Numbered from the stretch's first letter, positions 31,498-41,891 are shown. The stretch: 64,000 nucleotides of DNA from Escherichia coli (GCF_024298765.1 NZ_CP101210.1); one strand, 5' to 3'. Translations and numbers: made by a program. Notes: generated by a model not told the origin, from the letters alone.

Positions 31498-32593
31498 TGG
31501 ATGTGTATCAGATCAAACAATGTGTACAGCAATGCTTAATGAAAATACTTGTAGAATTGTTTATGAGAAAGCGTGTATAACACTTACTGAAATGCTTAGT
31601 TAAATACGTGTATGTTTGGTAAAACACTTAAGTAAAATACGTGTATAGTACCATTCCCGACATTCTCAACATCTTCAGACATCCATGCAGACTGAGTGTT
31701 GATTTCAGTTTTTCACGGCCAGCATGGATCTTTACTGTTTAAAAAACATACAGATTTACTCTGAAATTATTTACCCAGGCCTCCCTGAAAAGACCATCCG
31801 GAGCATCCCGTTCGTCAGCTTCCATGTTGTCTTTTACCCCGGAAAGTGATCGCATTTTCCAGCCAGAATGACAGCCATACTGATTATGACGTCTCTCCGG
31901 CCCCTTCACATATAACATTCATGTCAGTCATTTCTTACTGCCTCACTCACCGGAATTCTCCATGCCGGATGAAGCAATTGTTCTGAACTGAGCAGAAGCA
32001 TAACAGCACACAAGGAAACGACTGTGCTATAGATCCTGGAATCAGGATCTTAATGTCAGGAAAACAATGACGACCGGGGATAACCAACAACAACCTGAGT
32101 ACAGAAGAAAGCTTTCCCGCGCACGCCATCATCTTATGTAAGAGGATATGATGCCACCCCCACCTCAGAAGAACCGTCTCCGGGAGAACTTCACTGCATC
32201 CAAAATCCTTTTGCTGAGTTCTCATTCCCCATCATGGCAGCTACAGACATGCCCTGACAGAGCGTATGCGCATTGAGAGAAATAACCATAAATGATGAGA
32301 AGACACTCTATATAACGACAGCATGTTGAGGCATCAAAAATATTCATATAAATATTTTAAGAAAATTTTTTATTGCAAACTACAGGAAATAACATGATGT
32401 CAATATAATTTTTTAAAAAACGTGATATTAATCACATTGTAATTTTCTGTGTTTTTATGTAAATCAGAGAAAAGAGTCCATGAACGTTATTGCATTTTTT
32501 CTGATGTATGGATAAAAGGGGATTCAGGCGAAATTTACTGACAGAGGTGATAAGAGGGGGGTTAAAGAGTTCTATAGAGTTGGTTGTGCATTT

Positions 32594-33463
32594 ATGCCCA
32601 GGGAGTTCATGTCTGTGCATTCACCAGATGAATCTGATCATGTTTTTAGTCGGATGGAATATGAATATTACCGACATAACGATAAATCACCTTCTGTTAA
32701 TGCTGATAATGCAGGCAGAGACGTTGTTCCGGAGTGGGTGCAAAAAGACCCTGTAGCCGCATTCTGGGTATGGATGTTTATATATCATGTTCCTGACAGT
32801 ATTGTCCGACTCTCAGGTGAGCAATATGCAGATTACGGAATTTCCTGTCTGTATGCCAGACTGTTTGCCACAGAAGCAGCTCCAGCTAATCATCAGGCAA
32901 GGATTCGTGTGACGAGAAAATGGCTACAGGAGCTTATAAGGCTAACCGGGACAGAAAATGTATCTGACTTCTTGTATGTCGTTCATTTTTTATGGTCATA
33001 TGCTGAAAAAGTGAACCCCATGACATGGCTTGGTTCCCGGCGGATACATATCAAATGGGCATGGGCGTATCTGCAAAAACATTGCACTGACGAAGAACGT
33101 CACTGTCCTGATATTTCAGAATTTAAAGCTTCAGGGGAGTCACGTCTGTTCATAATAGCTTATGTGCGCCGTGTCTTCATGAAAATCTATTCTGTCGGTA
33201 CTGAACCTCAAAAGTTAAAAGAATTAGTTTATCAGCAGAATGATTTTCTCAGGCGCATGAAGTGCTCATACCAGAAAATGTTCCGGTATGAGAAAACCGA
33301 TTCCCGGGTACAGATAAGTGCCCTGATTTCTCCGGAAGCCAGGAATGCACTCCGGAAAATGGCAAAAAAGAATAATCTGACGCAGGCTGAAATCCTGGAT
33401 AAACTCATCTTATCAGCTGATCGTCTGTTTATGCAGAAAACAGCAGGGGATTATTCCCGTTAA
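32594..33463 (+). CDS. Uncharacterised protein with C-terminal ribbon-helix-helix-like segment
   Basis: 289-aa ORF with ATG start; C-terminal VQISALISPEARNALRKMAKKNNLTQAEILDKLIL fits a beta-strand/helix/helix (CopG/Arc-like) pattern; no other family recognised. Confidence 0.5.
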   Translation: MPREFMSVHSPDESDHVFSRMEYEYYRHNDKSPSVNADNAGRDVVPEWVQKDPVAAFWVWMFIYHVPDSIVRLSGEQYADYGISCLYARLFATEAAPANHQARIRVTRKWLQELIRLTGTENVSDFLYVVHFLWSYAEKVNPMTWLGSRRIHIKWAWAYLQKHCTDEERHCPDISEFKASGESRLFIIAYVRRVFMKIYSVGTEPQKLKELVYQQNDFLRRMKCSYQKMFRYEKTDSRVQISALISPEARNALRKMAKKNNLTQAEILDKLILSADRLFMQKTAGDYSR

Positions 33464-34449
33464 TGAGTTCCACCAGAACCGTTTTTCTTTTTGCTGCTGT
33501 TTTTGCGTTTATGCTGTTCGTACCTTTCTTTTGACGTACAAAGGAATCTTCCATAAACATTGCGGATATATGAGTTGATATACTCCAGCATTCTCTCTTT
33601 TCGTGATTTCCCTTTTTCCTTCGAATCTTCACTTTGAACATTAATGTCCATCAGTTCTTTTATAAACTTATCCAGATTTTCCATGTCATAAAGCAGCATG
33701 AAAAACATCACATTTCCCAGTGATTCCAGTAACTGAGATTCAACCCAGTCCCCATATTTTCTGAAACTTAGCCCTGTTAAAAACTGTTCAAACATTACCC
33801 CTGATACAAAAAGAGATTTTAATCCCAGTCGCTTATATTCCTGGTAAAAAAGTTCAAACGTCGGGGATTCTGAACGGCAAATAAACGAAGACAGCGCCCA
33901 TGGATCAAAATCTGTAACACGCCTCCCCTCCCACACTTCCTGCCGTGTCAGCGGCGGTTCAGCAAACCAGGCGTCCAGCTCAGCCGAATCGCTGTCCCTG
34001 CTCAAAACCTTATACAAACTGCCCGTGAACGGTTGAGGCGGATTTTTGGTTGCTTCATCTTCTGATTGTCTGGATTGTCTGGATTGTCTGGATTGTCTGG
34101 ATTGTCTGAATCCGTCCACTTTTCTCCGGATATTACGCGGGATCAGCATAAAAGGCGGGACATTAAGTGATAAACGTTTACCCGTCATGCGATACCATTG
34201 CCCCACCTCAACCTTAATCCGTGTATCTGACTTTAGCTCAAGTGCCATTATGTTAAGCAGGTACAGATAACGCACCGTATAACAGTCAAAATGTTTCTCC
34301 GGATCAAACGGCTCTGACCGTTCTCTGCACACGAGTCCGCTGCGCTTCAGTATTCGCTGGGTATCTTTCCAGGCCTTACACTGAAGAATGGTGGTAACTC
34401 TGGCCTTATTAGCAATCTCACGCAGCGCATCACTTTGTTGTGCCGTCAT
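33460..34449 (-). CDS. Uncharacterised protein with internal (RQS)5 repeat
   Basis: 329-aa ORF, ATG start preceded by GGGAGGTGAG Shine-Dalgarno; contains an in-frame 9-bp tandem repeat (34062-34106); stop overlaps the stop of the convergent 32594 gene (TTAA). Confidence 0.55.
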   Translation of the reverse strand: MTAQQSDALREIANKARVTTILQCKAWKDTQRILKRSGLVCRERSEPFDPEKHFDCYTVRYLYLLNIMALELKSDTRIKVEVGQWYRMTGKRLSLNVPPFMLIPRNIRRKVDGFRQSRQSRQSRQSRQSEDEATKNPPQPFTGSLYKVLSRDSDSAELDAWFAEPPLTRQEVWEGRRVTDFDPWALSSFICRSESPTFELFYQEYKRLGLKSLFVSGVMFEQFLTGLSFRKYGDWVESQLLESLGNVMFFMLLYDMENLDKFIKELMDINVQSEDSKEKGKSRKERMLEYINSYIRNVYGRFLCTSKERYEQHKRKNSSKKKNGSGGTH

Positions 34450-34554
34450 CTCACCTCCCGCACTCTGTCACTCCAGATTTTTTCACGTCCATATTACCTG
34501 AATGATAAGCCGGATTAGTGTGATCCGGTTCAGCGAAATCAACAGGATAACGGT

Positions 34555-35439
34555 ATGTCATTCAGCCATTCTTCCCTCTCCGCACAAGTGAAATCACATC
34601 TGACGTTTCTTCCTGAAGAAATTCGCCAGAAAATCCTTGAACATCTCCACAGTGTTATTCATTACGAGCCCGTGATTGGCATTATGGGTAAATCCGGAAC
34701 AGGCAAAAGCAGTCTGTGTAATGCCATTTTTCAGTCCCGTATCTGCGCCACACATCCTCTGAACGGCTGCACCCGCCAGGCTCATCGTCTTACCCTGCAG
34801 TTCGGTGAACGCAGAATGACGCTGGTCGATCTGCCCGGCATTGGTGAAACACCGCAGCATGATCAGGAATACCGGACACTTTATCGTCAGCTGCTACCGG
34901 AACTGGATCTGATTATCTGGATCCTGCGGGCTGATGAACGTGCGTATGCTGCTGATATTGCCATGCATCAGTTTTTACTGAATGAAGGCGCAGATCCCTC
35001 GCGTTTTCTGTTTGTTCTCAGCCATGCCGATCGCGTGTTTCCTGCTGAAGAATGGAATGCCACAGAAAAATGCCCGTCCCGTCAGCAGTCGCTCTCACTG
35101 GCGACGGTGACAGCCCGGGTGGCAACCCTGTTCCCTTCATCATTTCCGGTACTCTCCGTTGCTGCACCTGTCGGCTGGAACCTTCCGGCGTTTGTGTCGC
35201 TGATGATCCACGCACTGCCACCACAGGCAACCAGCGCGGTGTATTCACATATCCGGGGAGAAAACCGCTCTGAACAGGCCCGGAAACACGCACAACAGAC
35301 TTTTGGTGAAACCATCGGGAAAAGTTTTGACGACGCCGTTGCCCGTTTCAGTTTTCCGGCCTGGATGTTACAGCTTCTGCGCAAAACCCGGGACCGCATT
35401 ATCCACCTGCTGGTCACACTGTGGGATCACCTGTTCTGA
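34555..35439 (+). CDS. YeeP/YkfA/YfjP-family GTPase
   Basis: 294-aa ORF with P-loop GKSGTGKSSLCNAIF and DLPGIGE (G3) motifs; position typical of CP4-44/CP4-57-like elements. Confidence 0.8.
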   Translation: MSFSHSSLSAQVKSHLTFLPEEIRQKILEHLHSVIHYEPVIGIMGKSGTGKSSLCNAIFQSRICATHPLNGCTRQAHRLTLQFGERRMTLVDLPGIGETPQHDQEYRTLYRQLLPELDLIIWILRADERAYAADIAMHQFLLNEGADPSRFLFVLSHADRVFPAEEWNATEKCPSRQQSLSLATVTARVATLFPSSFPVLSVAAPVGWNLPAFVSLMIHALPPQATSAVYSHIRGENRSEQARKHAQQTFGETIGKSFDDAVARFSFPAWMLQLLRKTRDRIIHLLVTLWDHLF

Positions 35440-35557
35440 ACGCCCCGGAGTCCCCCGTGGCAACCGTATACCTTTACACGACAACGGATTACGGTAACCA
35501 CTGCCGTATACCGTCTGTCATTATCAATAACACGCTCTTTAATTTCAGAGGTCAGTC

Positions 35558-36235
35558 ATGAATACCAGAATTCTTTTTCCCCTGCTGTTCACTGTGGCAT
35601 CATTCTCCGCCTCCGCCGGCAACTGGGCTGTCAAAAACGGCTGGTGTCAGACCATGACGGAAGATGGTCAGGCGCTGGTAATGCTGAAAAATGGCACGAT
35701 TGGTATTACCGGCCTGATGCAGGGATGCCCGAATGGTGTACAGACGCTCCTGGGCAGCCGTATCAGTATTAACGGTAACCTGATCCCCACATCACAAATG
35801 TGTAATCAGCAGACGGGATTCAGGGCTGTTGAGGTGGAAATCGGACAGGCGCCGGAAATGGTCAAAAAAGCCGTTCACTCCATAGCAGAGCGTGATGTGT
35901 CCGTTTTACAGGCATTTGGTGTACGAATGGAATTCACCCGCGGTGATATGCTGAAGGTCTGTCCGAAATTTGTCACATCACTTGCCGGTTTTTCCCCGAA
36001 ACAGACGACCACTATTAATAAAGATTCCGTCCTGCAGGCTGCCCGGCAGGCATACGCCCGGGAATATGACGAGGAAACAACAGAAACCGCTGATTTTGGC
36101 TCTTACGAAGTAAAAGGCAATAAGGTTGAGTTTGAAGTATTCAATCCTGAAGACCGTGCGTACGACAAAGTGACCGTCACGGTTGGTGCTGACGGTAATG
36201 CCACCGGCGCCAGCGTTGAATTTATCGGAAAATAG
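35558..36235 (+). CDS. Secreted/periplasmic hypothetical protein
   Basis: 225-aa ORF with cleavable signal peptide [20 protein letters not shown]; ATG start. Confidence 0.6.
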   Translation: MNTRILFPLLFTVASFSASAGNWAVKNGWCQTMTEDGQALVMLKNGTIGITGLMQGCPNGVQTLLGSRISINGNLIPTSQMCNQQTGFRAVEVEIGQAPEMVKKAVHSIAERDVSVLQAFGVRMEFTRGDMLKVCPKFVTSLAGFSPKQTTTINKDSVLQAARQAYAREYDEETTETADFGSYEVKGNKVEFEVFNPEDRAYDKVTVTVGADGNATGASVEFIGK

Positions 36236-36240
36236 CCGGT

Positions 36241-36474
36241 ATGTCGGACTGCCACCCTGTTTTATTGCCCGAAGGCCCTTTCTCACGCGAACAGGCGGTT
36301 GCCGTCACAACAGCTTACCGCAATGTGCTTATTGAGGATGACCAGGGAACGCATTTCCGGCTGGTTATCCGCAATGCCGAAGGGCAGCTACGCTGGCGGT
36401 GCTGGAATTTTGAACCTGATGCCGGAAAACAGCTAAATTCGTATCTCGCCAGTGAGGGAATTCTCAGGCAATAA
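36241..36474 (+). CDS. DUF905-like small protein (YkfF/YpjJ-like)
   Basis: 77-aa ORF; [55 protein letters not shown] resembles the YkfF family as recalled. Confidence 0.5.
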   Translation: MSDCHPVLLPEGPFSREQAVAVTTAYRNVLIEDDQGTHFRLVIRNAEGQLRWRCWNFEPDAGKQLNSYLASEGILRQ

Positions 36475-36563
36475 ACGTCTTCATTTCATCCATCAGGCCG
36501 CGTCTTCTCCGGGAGACGCGGCCTTTTCGTTTATACCGCTAATTCATTCATAAGGAGCAAAGT

Positions 36564-37382
36564 ATGCAATTAGCCAGTCGTTTTGGTCATGTAAATCAGA
36601 TCCGTCGGGAGCGCCCACTGACACGCGAAGAACTGATGTACCACGTCCCGAGTATTTTTGGAGAAGACCGGCACACCTCCCGCAGTGAACGGTATGCGTA
36701 CATTCCCACCATCACCGTCCTGGAAAATCTGCAGCGGGAAGGCTTTCAGCCGTTCTTCGCCTGCCAGACCCGTGTGCGCGACCAGAGCCGCCGGGAATAT
36801 ACCAAACATATGCTGCGTCTGCGGCGGGCCGGACAGATAACTGGTCAGCATGTGCCTGAAATTATTCTGCTCAACTCCCATGACGGTTCATCCAGCTACC
36901 AGATGTTACCCGGATATTTTCGTGCCATTTGTACCAATGGACTGGTCTGCGGTCAGTCTCTGGGAGAATTGCGTGTTCCACACCGGGGAAATGTGGTGGA
37001 GAAAGTTATTGAAGGGGCTTACGAGGTGGTGGGCGTGTTTGACCGGATAGAGGAGAAGCGTGATGCCATGCAGTCGCTGGTCCTGCCGCCACCGGCACGC
37101 CAGGCGCTGGCACAGGCGGCACTGACTTACCGTTATGGTGACGAACATCACCCCGTCACCACCGCCGACATTCTGACGCCACGACGCCGGGAGGATTACG
37201 GTAAGGACCTGTGGAGTACTTATCAGACCATCCAGGAGAATATGCTGAAAGGCGGAATTTCCGGTCGCAGTGCCAGAGGAAAACGTATCCACACCCGTGC
37301 CATTCACAGCATCGACACCGACATTAAGCTCAATCGCGCATTGTGGGTGATGGCAGAAACGCTACTGGAGAGCCTGCGCTGA
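36564..37382 (+). CDS. DUF932-like protein (YfjQ/YafZ-like)
   Basis: 272-aa ORF in the conserved position upstream of the anti-restriction/radC genes; family assignment from memory. Confidence 0.55.
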   Translation: MQLASRFGHVNQIRRERPLTREELMYHVPSIFGEDRHTSRSERYAYIPTITVLENLQREGFQPFFACQTRVRDQSRREYTKHMLRLRRAGQITGQHVPEIILLNSHDGSSSYQMLPGYFRAICTNGLVCGQSLGELRVPHRGNVVEKVIEGAYEVVGVFDRIEEKRDAMQSLVLPPPARQALAQAALTYRYGDEHHPVTTADILTPRRREDYGKDLWSTYQTIQENMLKGGISGRSARGKRIHTRAIHSIDTDIKLNRALWVMAETLLESLR

Positions 37383-37647
37383 TGCAATCTGTCCCTGAAG
37401 GCGTGATTCAGGCACCAGAATCACCCGACGCCCCGGAGAACTCAGTCTGTGCAGACTGAGTACAGGCAATGGCATCTTCTGGCCATCCGTCTGTGACCGG
37501 AACGGTTACGCGTACGGCTGTCCGGAATTTCAGCCGAATATCATTCATCCCTGATATTGCCGGGTCTCACGGTCAGTGATGAACGTGATGTTGTCAGCCC
37601 CCGGCCTTTATTTCCTCTCATTTATACACATTGTAAGGATTTCACTC

Positions 37648-38127
37648 ATGAAAATCGTTTCTCAGAACACAACTGCTCTTTCTTCAGCCACAGCACCAGG
37701 GAATAACCAGCCCCAACTGGTTGCTACTCCCGTCCCTGATGAACAACGTATCAGCTTCTGGCCGCAGCATTTTGGCCTCATTCCACAGTGGGTGACCCTG
37801 GAGCCCCGTGTCTTCGGCTGGATGGACCGTCTGTGCGAAGACTACTGCGGGGGCATCTGGAATCTGTACACCCTGAACAACGGCGGGGCATTTATGGCCC
37901 CCGAACCGGATGATGATGATGACGAAACATGGGTACTGTTCAATGCCATGAACGGTAACCGCGCTGAAATGAGCCCGGAAGCCGCCGGCATTGCCGCCTG
38001 TCTGATGGCGTACAGCCATCACGCCTGTCGTACAGAGAATTATGCCATGACGGTTCATTATTACCGGCTGCGGGATTATGCCCTGCAGCATCCGGAATGC
38101 AGCGCCATTATGCGCATCATCGACTGA
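37648..38127 (+). CDS. KlcA/ArdB-type anti-restriction protein (YfjX/YafX-like)
   Basis: ATG at 37648 preceded by TAAGGAT Shine-Dalgarno (track ORF starts upstream at 37576); family-like FWPQHFGLIPQW segment. Confidence 0.7.
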   Translation: MKIVSQNTTALSSATAPGNNQPQLVATPVPDEQRISFWPQHFGLIPQWVTLEPRVFGWMDRLCEDYCGGIWNLYTLNNGGAFMAPEPDDDDDETWVLFNAMNGNRAEMSPEAAGIAACLMAYSHHACRTENYAMTVHYYRLRDYALQHPECSAIMRIID

Positions 38128-38619
38128 ATGGAGGCAGGGACAATGCAGCAGCTTTCCTTTCTGCCCGGAGAGATGACACCCGGCGAGCGCAGCCTCATTC
38201 AGCGGGCCCTGAAAGCCCTGGACCGCCATCTTCATGAACCCGGCGTGGCCTTCACCTCCACGCATGCGGCACGGGAATGGCTGATTCTGAACATGGCGGG
38301 ACTGGAGCGTGAAGAATTCCGGGTGCTGTATCTGAATAACCAGAATCAGCTGATTACCGGTGAAACCCTCTTCACTGGCACCATCAACCGCACAGAAGTC
38401 CATCCCCGGGAGGTGATTAAACGCGCCCTGTACCACAATGCCGCTGCCGTGGTGCTGGCGCACAATCACCCGTCCGGTGAAGTCATCCCCAGCAAGGCAG
38501 ACCGCCTTATCACGGAACGTCTGGTACAGGCACTGGGCCTAGTGGATATCCGGGTGCCGGACCATCTGATAGTCGGTGGCAGCCAGGTTTTCTCCTTTGC
38601 CGAACATGGTCTGCTTTAA
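38128..38619 (+). CDS. RadC-like JAB-domain protein (YeeS/YfjY/YkfG family)
   Basis: 163-aa ORF with JAMM-type HNHPSG motif; alternative start at 38143 after a GGAGG Shine-Dalgarno. Confidence 0.85.
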   Translation: MEAGTMQQLSFLPGEMTPGERSLIQRALKALDRHLHEPGVAFTSTHAAREWLILNMAGLEREEFRVLYLNNQNQLITGETLFTGTINRTEVHPREVIKRALYHNAAAVVLAHNHPSGEVIPSKADRLITERLVQALGLVDIRVPDHLIVGGSQVFSFAEHGLL

Positions 38620-38681
38620 CCCGTCACAACCACATCACACCTGTTTTCACTTTTATCTTCTGTCTTCAGAGGTATCCCATT

Positions 38682-38903
38682 ATGAAAATTATCACCCGTG
38701 GTGAAGCCATGAGTATTCACCAACAACATCCGACATCCCGTCTTTTTCCGTTCTGTACCGGTAAATACCGCTGGCACGGCAGTGCTGAGGCGTATACCGG
38801 TCGTGAAGTGCAGGATATTCCCGGTGTGCTGGCTGTATTTGCAGAACGCCGTAAGGACAGTTTTGGCCCGTATGTCCGGCTGATGAGCGTCACCCTGAAC
38901 TGA
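38682..38903 (+). CDS. YeeT-like protein (DUF987)
   Basis: 73-aa ORF in the conserved position between the radC-like gene and the TA module. Confidence 0.6.
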   Translation: MKIITRGEAMSIHQQHPTSRLFPFCTGKYRWHGSAEAYTGREVQDIPGVLAVFAERRKDSFGPYVRLMSVTLN

Positions 38904-38921
38904 ATCAGAAAGGGGATTCTG

Positions 38922-39550
38922 ATGAGCAGCATTATCACCATCACAGTGTATACGCTGGATGAACTTTCCTGCCCGGTACGGGGAAAAGCCCGCGACGGGT
39001 ACCGTCAGCATCATGCTGACAGCAACTGGTATGAAAACGTGTATGAGGACTTCAGGGCGGTCTGTGACATTTTCGGAATTGACCTCCGCCAGCGCGTTTT
39101 CCGGCTCAGCCAGGTTTATGGAAGAGCCGTGCATCTGGTTCAGCGGATGCTGCAGCCAGGGGGACGGAGCCTGTTTTGAAGGACGCTGGCACTGGCAGCC
39201 GGCGACAGCCCGGATAATCCGGAAGTATGCCCCACAGGAGCATGAACTCCATCGTATCGCGGATGCCCTGCAGGCGGTGCAGAAACGTAACTTCTGGCAA
39301 CTGCAGGCTGAAATCCACCACCGGGGACGTTACTGCCATCCGTTATCACTGTTACCCGGAACAGTCCGACTGGTCAGGCTATGACAGCCGATGCGGAAGC
39401 CGCTGTCAGCGAAGCCCTGCGCGACCTGGCCTTCTGGCTGTACCGTCAACTGGAAAACGAGTACGACCAGATGACCTCAGACGCCGCTGTGGATGAGGCC
39501 ATTCTCATCAATGCATACATCTTCACCGAAACCGGTCAGCGCACCGGCTG
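38922..39550 (+). pseudogene. Frameshifted gene remnant between yeeT-like gene and cbeA
   Basis: Coding potential passes through three overlapping frames (38922-39179, 38959-39384, 39383-39550) with no single long ORF. Confidence 0.3.
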
Positions 39551-39600
39551 ACCTGTCATCGTTAAACCATTCTTAACCACTTTTCAGAGAGGATTTTATC

Positions 39601-39969
39601 GTGTCAGACACACTCTCCGGGATAACTCATCCCGACGACAATCACGACCGCCCCTGGTGGGGGCTTCCCTGCACAGTGAGGCCCTGTTTTGGCGCCCGTC
39701 TGGTGCAGGAGGGTAACCGCCTGCATTACCTTGCCGACCGCGCCGACATCAGAGGCCGGTTCAGCGATGCGGATGCATACCATCTGGACCAGGCCTTTCC
39801 GCTGCTGATGAAACAACTGGAACTCATGCTCACCAGCGGTGAACTGAATCCCCGCCATCAGCATACCGTCACGCTGTATGCAAAAGGGCTGACCTGCGAA
39901 GCCGACACCCTCGGCAGTTGTGGTTACGTTTATCTGGCTGTTTATCCGACGCCCGAAACGAAAAAGTAA
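39601..39969 (+). CDS. cbeA: CbeA/YeeU-family antitoxin (type IV TA)
   Basis: 122-aa ORF MSDTLSGITHPDDNHDRPWWGLPCTV...; very close to K-12 YeeU as recalled; GTG start. Paralogues (yafW, yfjZ) exist, so the symbol is by best resemblance. Confidence 0.8.
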   Translation: MSDTLSGITHPDDNHDRPWWGLPCTVRPCFGARLVQEGNRLHYLADRADIRGRFSDADAYHLDQAFPLLMKQLELMLTSGELNPRHQHTVTLYAKGLTCEADTLGSCGYVYLAVYPTPETKK

Positions 39970-40059
39970 ACCACCGGAATAACCTTCTGCTCCGGCCAGG
40001 TGTTTTCACCACGCCACTCTCCCCATAATTTAATCTCTCATATCAGGAAAATCTTCAGT

Positions 40060-40470
40060 ATGAAATTATTACCCGACACACATGTACGGGAGGCATCGTG
40101 CTGCCCGTCTCCCGTCACCATCTGGCAGACACTGCTCATCCGTCTGCTGGACCAGCACTATGGCCTCACACTGAATGACACACCGTTCGCTGATGAACGT
40201 GTGATTGAGCAGCATATTGAGGCCGGCATTTCACTGTGCGATGCGGTGAACTTTCTCGTTGAAAAATACGCACTGGTACGTACCGACCAGCCGGGATTCA
40301 GCGCAGGAGCCCCGTCGCAGTTAATCAACAGCATCGATATTCTCCGGGCCCGCCGGGCAACAGGCCTGATGACACGTAATAACTACAGAATGGTAAATAA
40401 CATTACCCTGGGTAGCATCCGGGGGCGAAACGATGAAACTTTCCCTGACGCTGGAAGCCGACAGCATTAA
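40060..40470 (+). CDS. cbtA: CbtA/YeeV-family toxin (type IV TA), C-terminus divergent
   Basis: ATG at 40060 gives [11 protein letters not shown]...[62 protein letters not shown] matching YeeV-family; last ~20 residues differ from the K-12 sequence I recall. Confidence 0.8.
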   Translation: MKLLPDTHVREASCCPSPVTIWQTLLIRLLDQHYGLTLNDTPFADERVIEQHIEAGISLCDAVNFLVEKYALVRTDQPGFSAGAPSQLINSIDILRARRATGLMTRNNYRMVNNITLGSIRGRNDETFPDAGSRQH

Positions 40471-40855
40471 CGTGCAGGCACTGAACATGGGGCGCATTGT
40501 CGTTGACATTGATGGTGTAAATCTCGCTGAACTGATTAACAAGGTCGCTGAATACGGTTATTCACTCCGCGTGGTGGATGAACGTGACGCTACCGAAACA
40601 CCGGCGACTTCTGCCAGCTCTCATCAGTTGCCGGAAGACAATACAGTGATACAGAGCGTGATGCCATTAACCACTGAAACAGCGCTGGATATCCTCATTG
40701 CGTGGCTGCAGGACAATATCGACTGCGGGTCCGGAATTATTTTCGACAACGATGAGGATAAAACGGATTCGGCAGCACTGCTGCCCTGTATTGAACAGGC
40801 CAGGGAGGATATCCGTACCCTGCACCAACTGCAACTTCTGCACCAGAACCGGTGA
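40433..40855 (+). CDS. Hypothetical protein downstream of cbtA (YeeW position)
   Basis: 140-aa acidic ORF, ATG start, overlaps cbtA 3' end by 38 bp. Confidence 0.4.
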   Translation: MKLSLTLEADSINVQALNMGRIVVDIDGVNLAELINKVAEYGYSLRVVDERDATETPATSASSHQLPEDNTVIQSVMPLTTETALDILIAWLQDNIDCGSGIIFDNDEDKTDSAALLPCIEQAREDIRTLHQLQLLHQNR

Positions 40856-40939
40856 ATCTCACTCACCAGACTTCATTCTCCTGACGCCAGCCTGAACAGA
40901 GCTGGCGTTTTCGTTTATAAACAGAAAGGAAACCCCATA

Positions 40940-41725
40940 ATGTCATATATCACAATCCCCCACCCGAACGCGGTCAACGGACATACAGCCGTTATCTGTT
41001 CCACAAGTATCAGACACATCCTGGCTGTACGAAAGAGTACACTGCTGCAAATCGACACGCTTATCCGGCAACTGACAGAAATCTCAGCACTGACGGAAAG
41101 TATTGGCGGTAAAGCCGCCCCGGACTGGGCGATGAAACAGAATTTTCGCTGTGGTTGCTGGCTGATGGAGAAACCAGAAACAGCAATGAAAGCCATTACC
41201 CGGAATCTTGACCGCGAAATCTGGCGTAACCTGATGCAGCGTTCCGGGATGCTTTCCTTAATGGATGCACAGGCACGTGATACATGGTACAGGTCACTGG
41301 AATATGATAATTTTCCGGAAATCAGTGAAGCGAACATTCTGAGCACATTTGAACAACTGCACCAGAATAAGGATGAAGTGTTTGAGCGGGGGGTGATCAA
41401 CCTCTTCAAAGGGCTGAGCTGGGATTACAAAACCAACTCACCCTGTAAATTTGGCAGTAAAATTATCGTCAACAATCTGGTGAGGTGGGACCAGTGGGGA
41501 TTTCATCTTATCAGTGGAATGCAGGCAGATCGCCTGGCTGACCTGGAAAGAATGTTGCATCTGCTCAGCGGTAAACCGATCCCCGACAACCGGGGAATAT
41601 CACCATTAATCTGGATGACCACATACAGTCCGTTCAGGGTAAAGGACGCTATGAAGATGAGATGTTCATCATTAAATACTTTAAGAAGGGAGCTGCACAC
41701 ATCACTTTCAAAAGGCTGGAGCTGA
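40940..41725 (+). CDS. Hypothetical island-end protein (DUF4942-like, tentative)
   Basis: 261-aa ORF with ATG start; last gene before the att remnant. Confidence 0.45.
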   Translation: MSYITIPHPNAVNGHTAVICSTSIRHILAVRKSTLLQIDTLIRQLTEISALTESIGGKAAPDWAMKQNFRCGCWLMEKPETAMKAITRNLDREIWRNLMQRSGMLSLMDAQARDTWYRSLEYDNFPEISEANILSTFEQLHQNKDEVFERGVINLFKGLSWDYKTNSPCKFGSKIIVNNLVRWDQWGFHLISGMQADRLADLERMLHLLSGKPIPDNRGISPLIWMTTYSPFRVKDAMKMRCSSLNTLRRELHTSLSKGWS

Positions 41726-41891
41726 TTGACAGAATTAACGATATAATAGCCAGGCACTTTCCTTCTGTGCTCTCAGCCTGACCCCGAGTTTGATTCCCTT
41801 TCGATATCAAAAGGGACTGCGGGTACAAAAGAGGGTACATCTTTCACCAAACCAAACAAAATAAACCAATATCAACATGATAGAAGCATTC

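Noticed and set aside
34046-34270. 74-aa plus-strand ORF with DCLDCLDCLDCL repeat
   Set aside because: It is the antisense translation of the 9-bp tandem repeat inside the better-supported minus-strand 329-aa gene.
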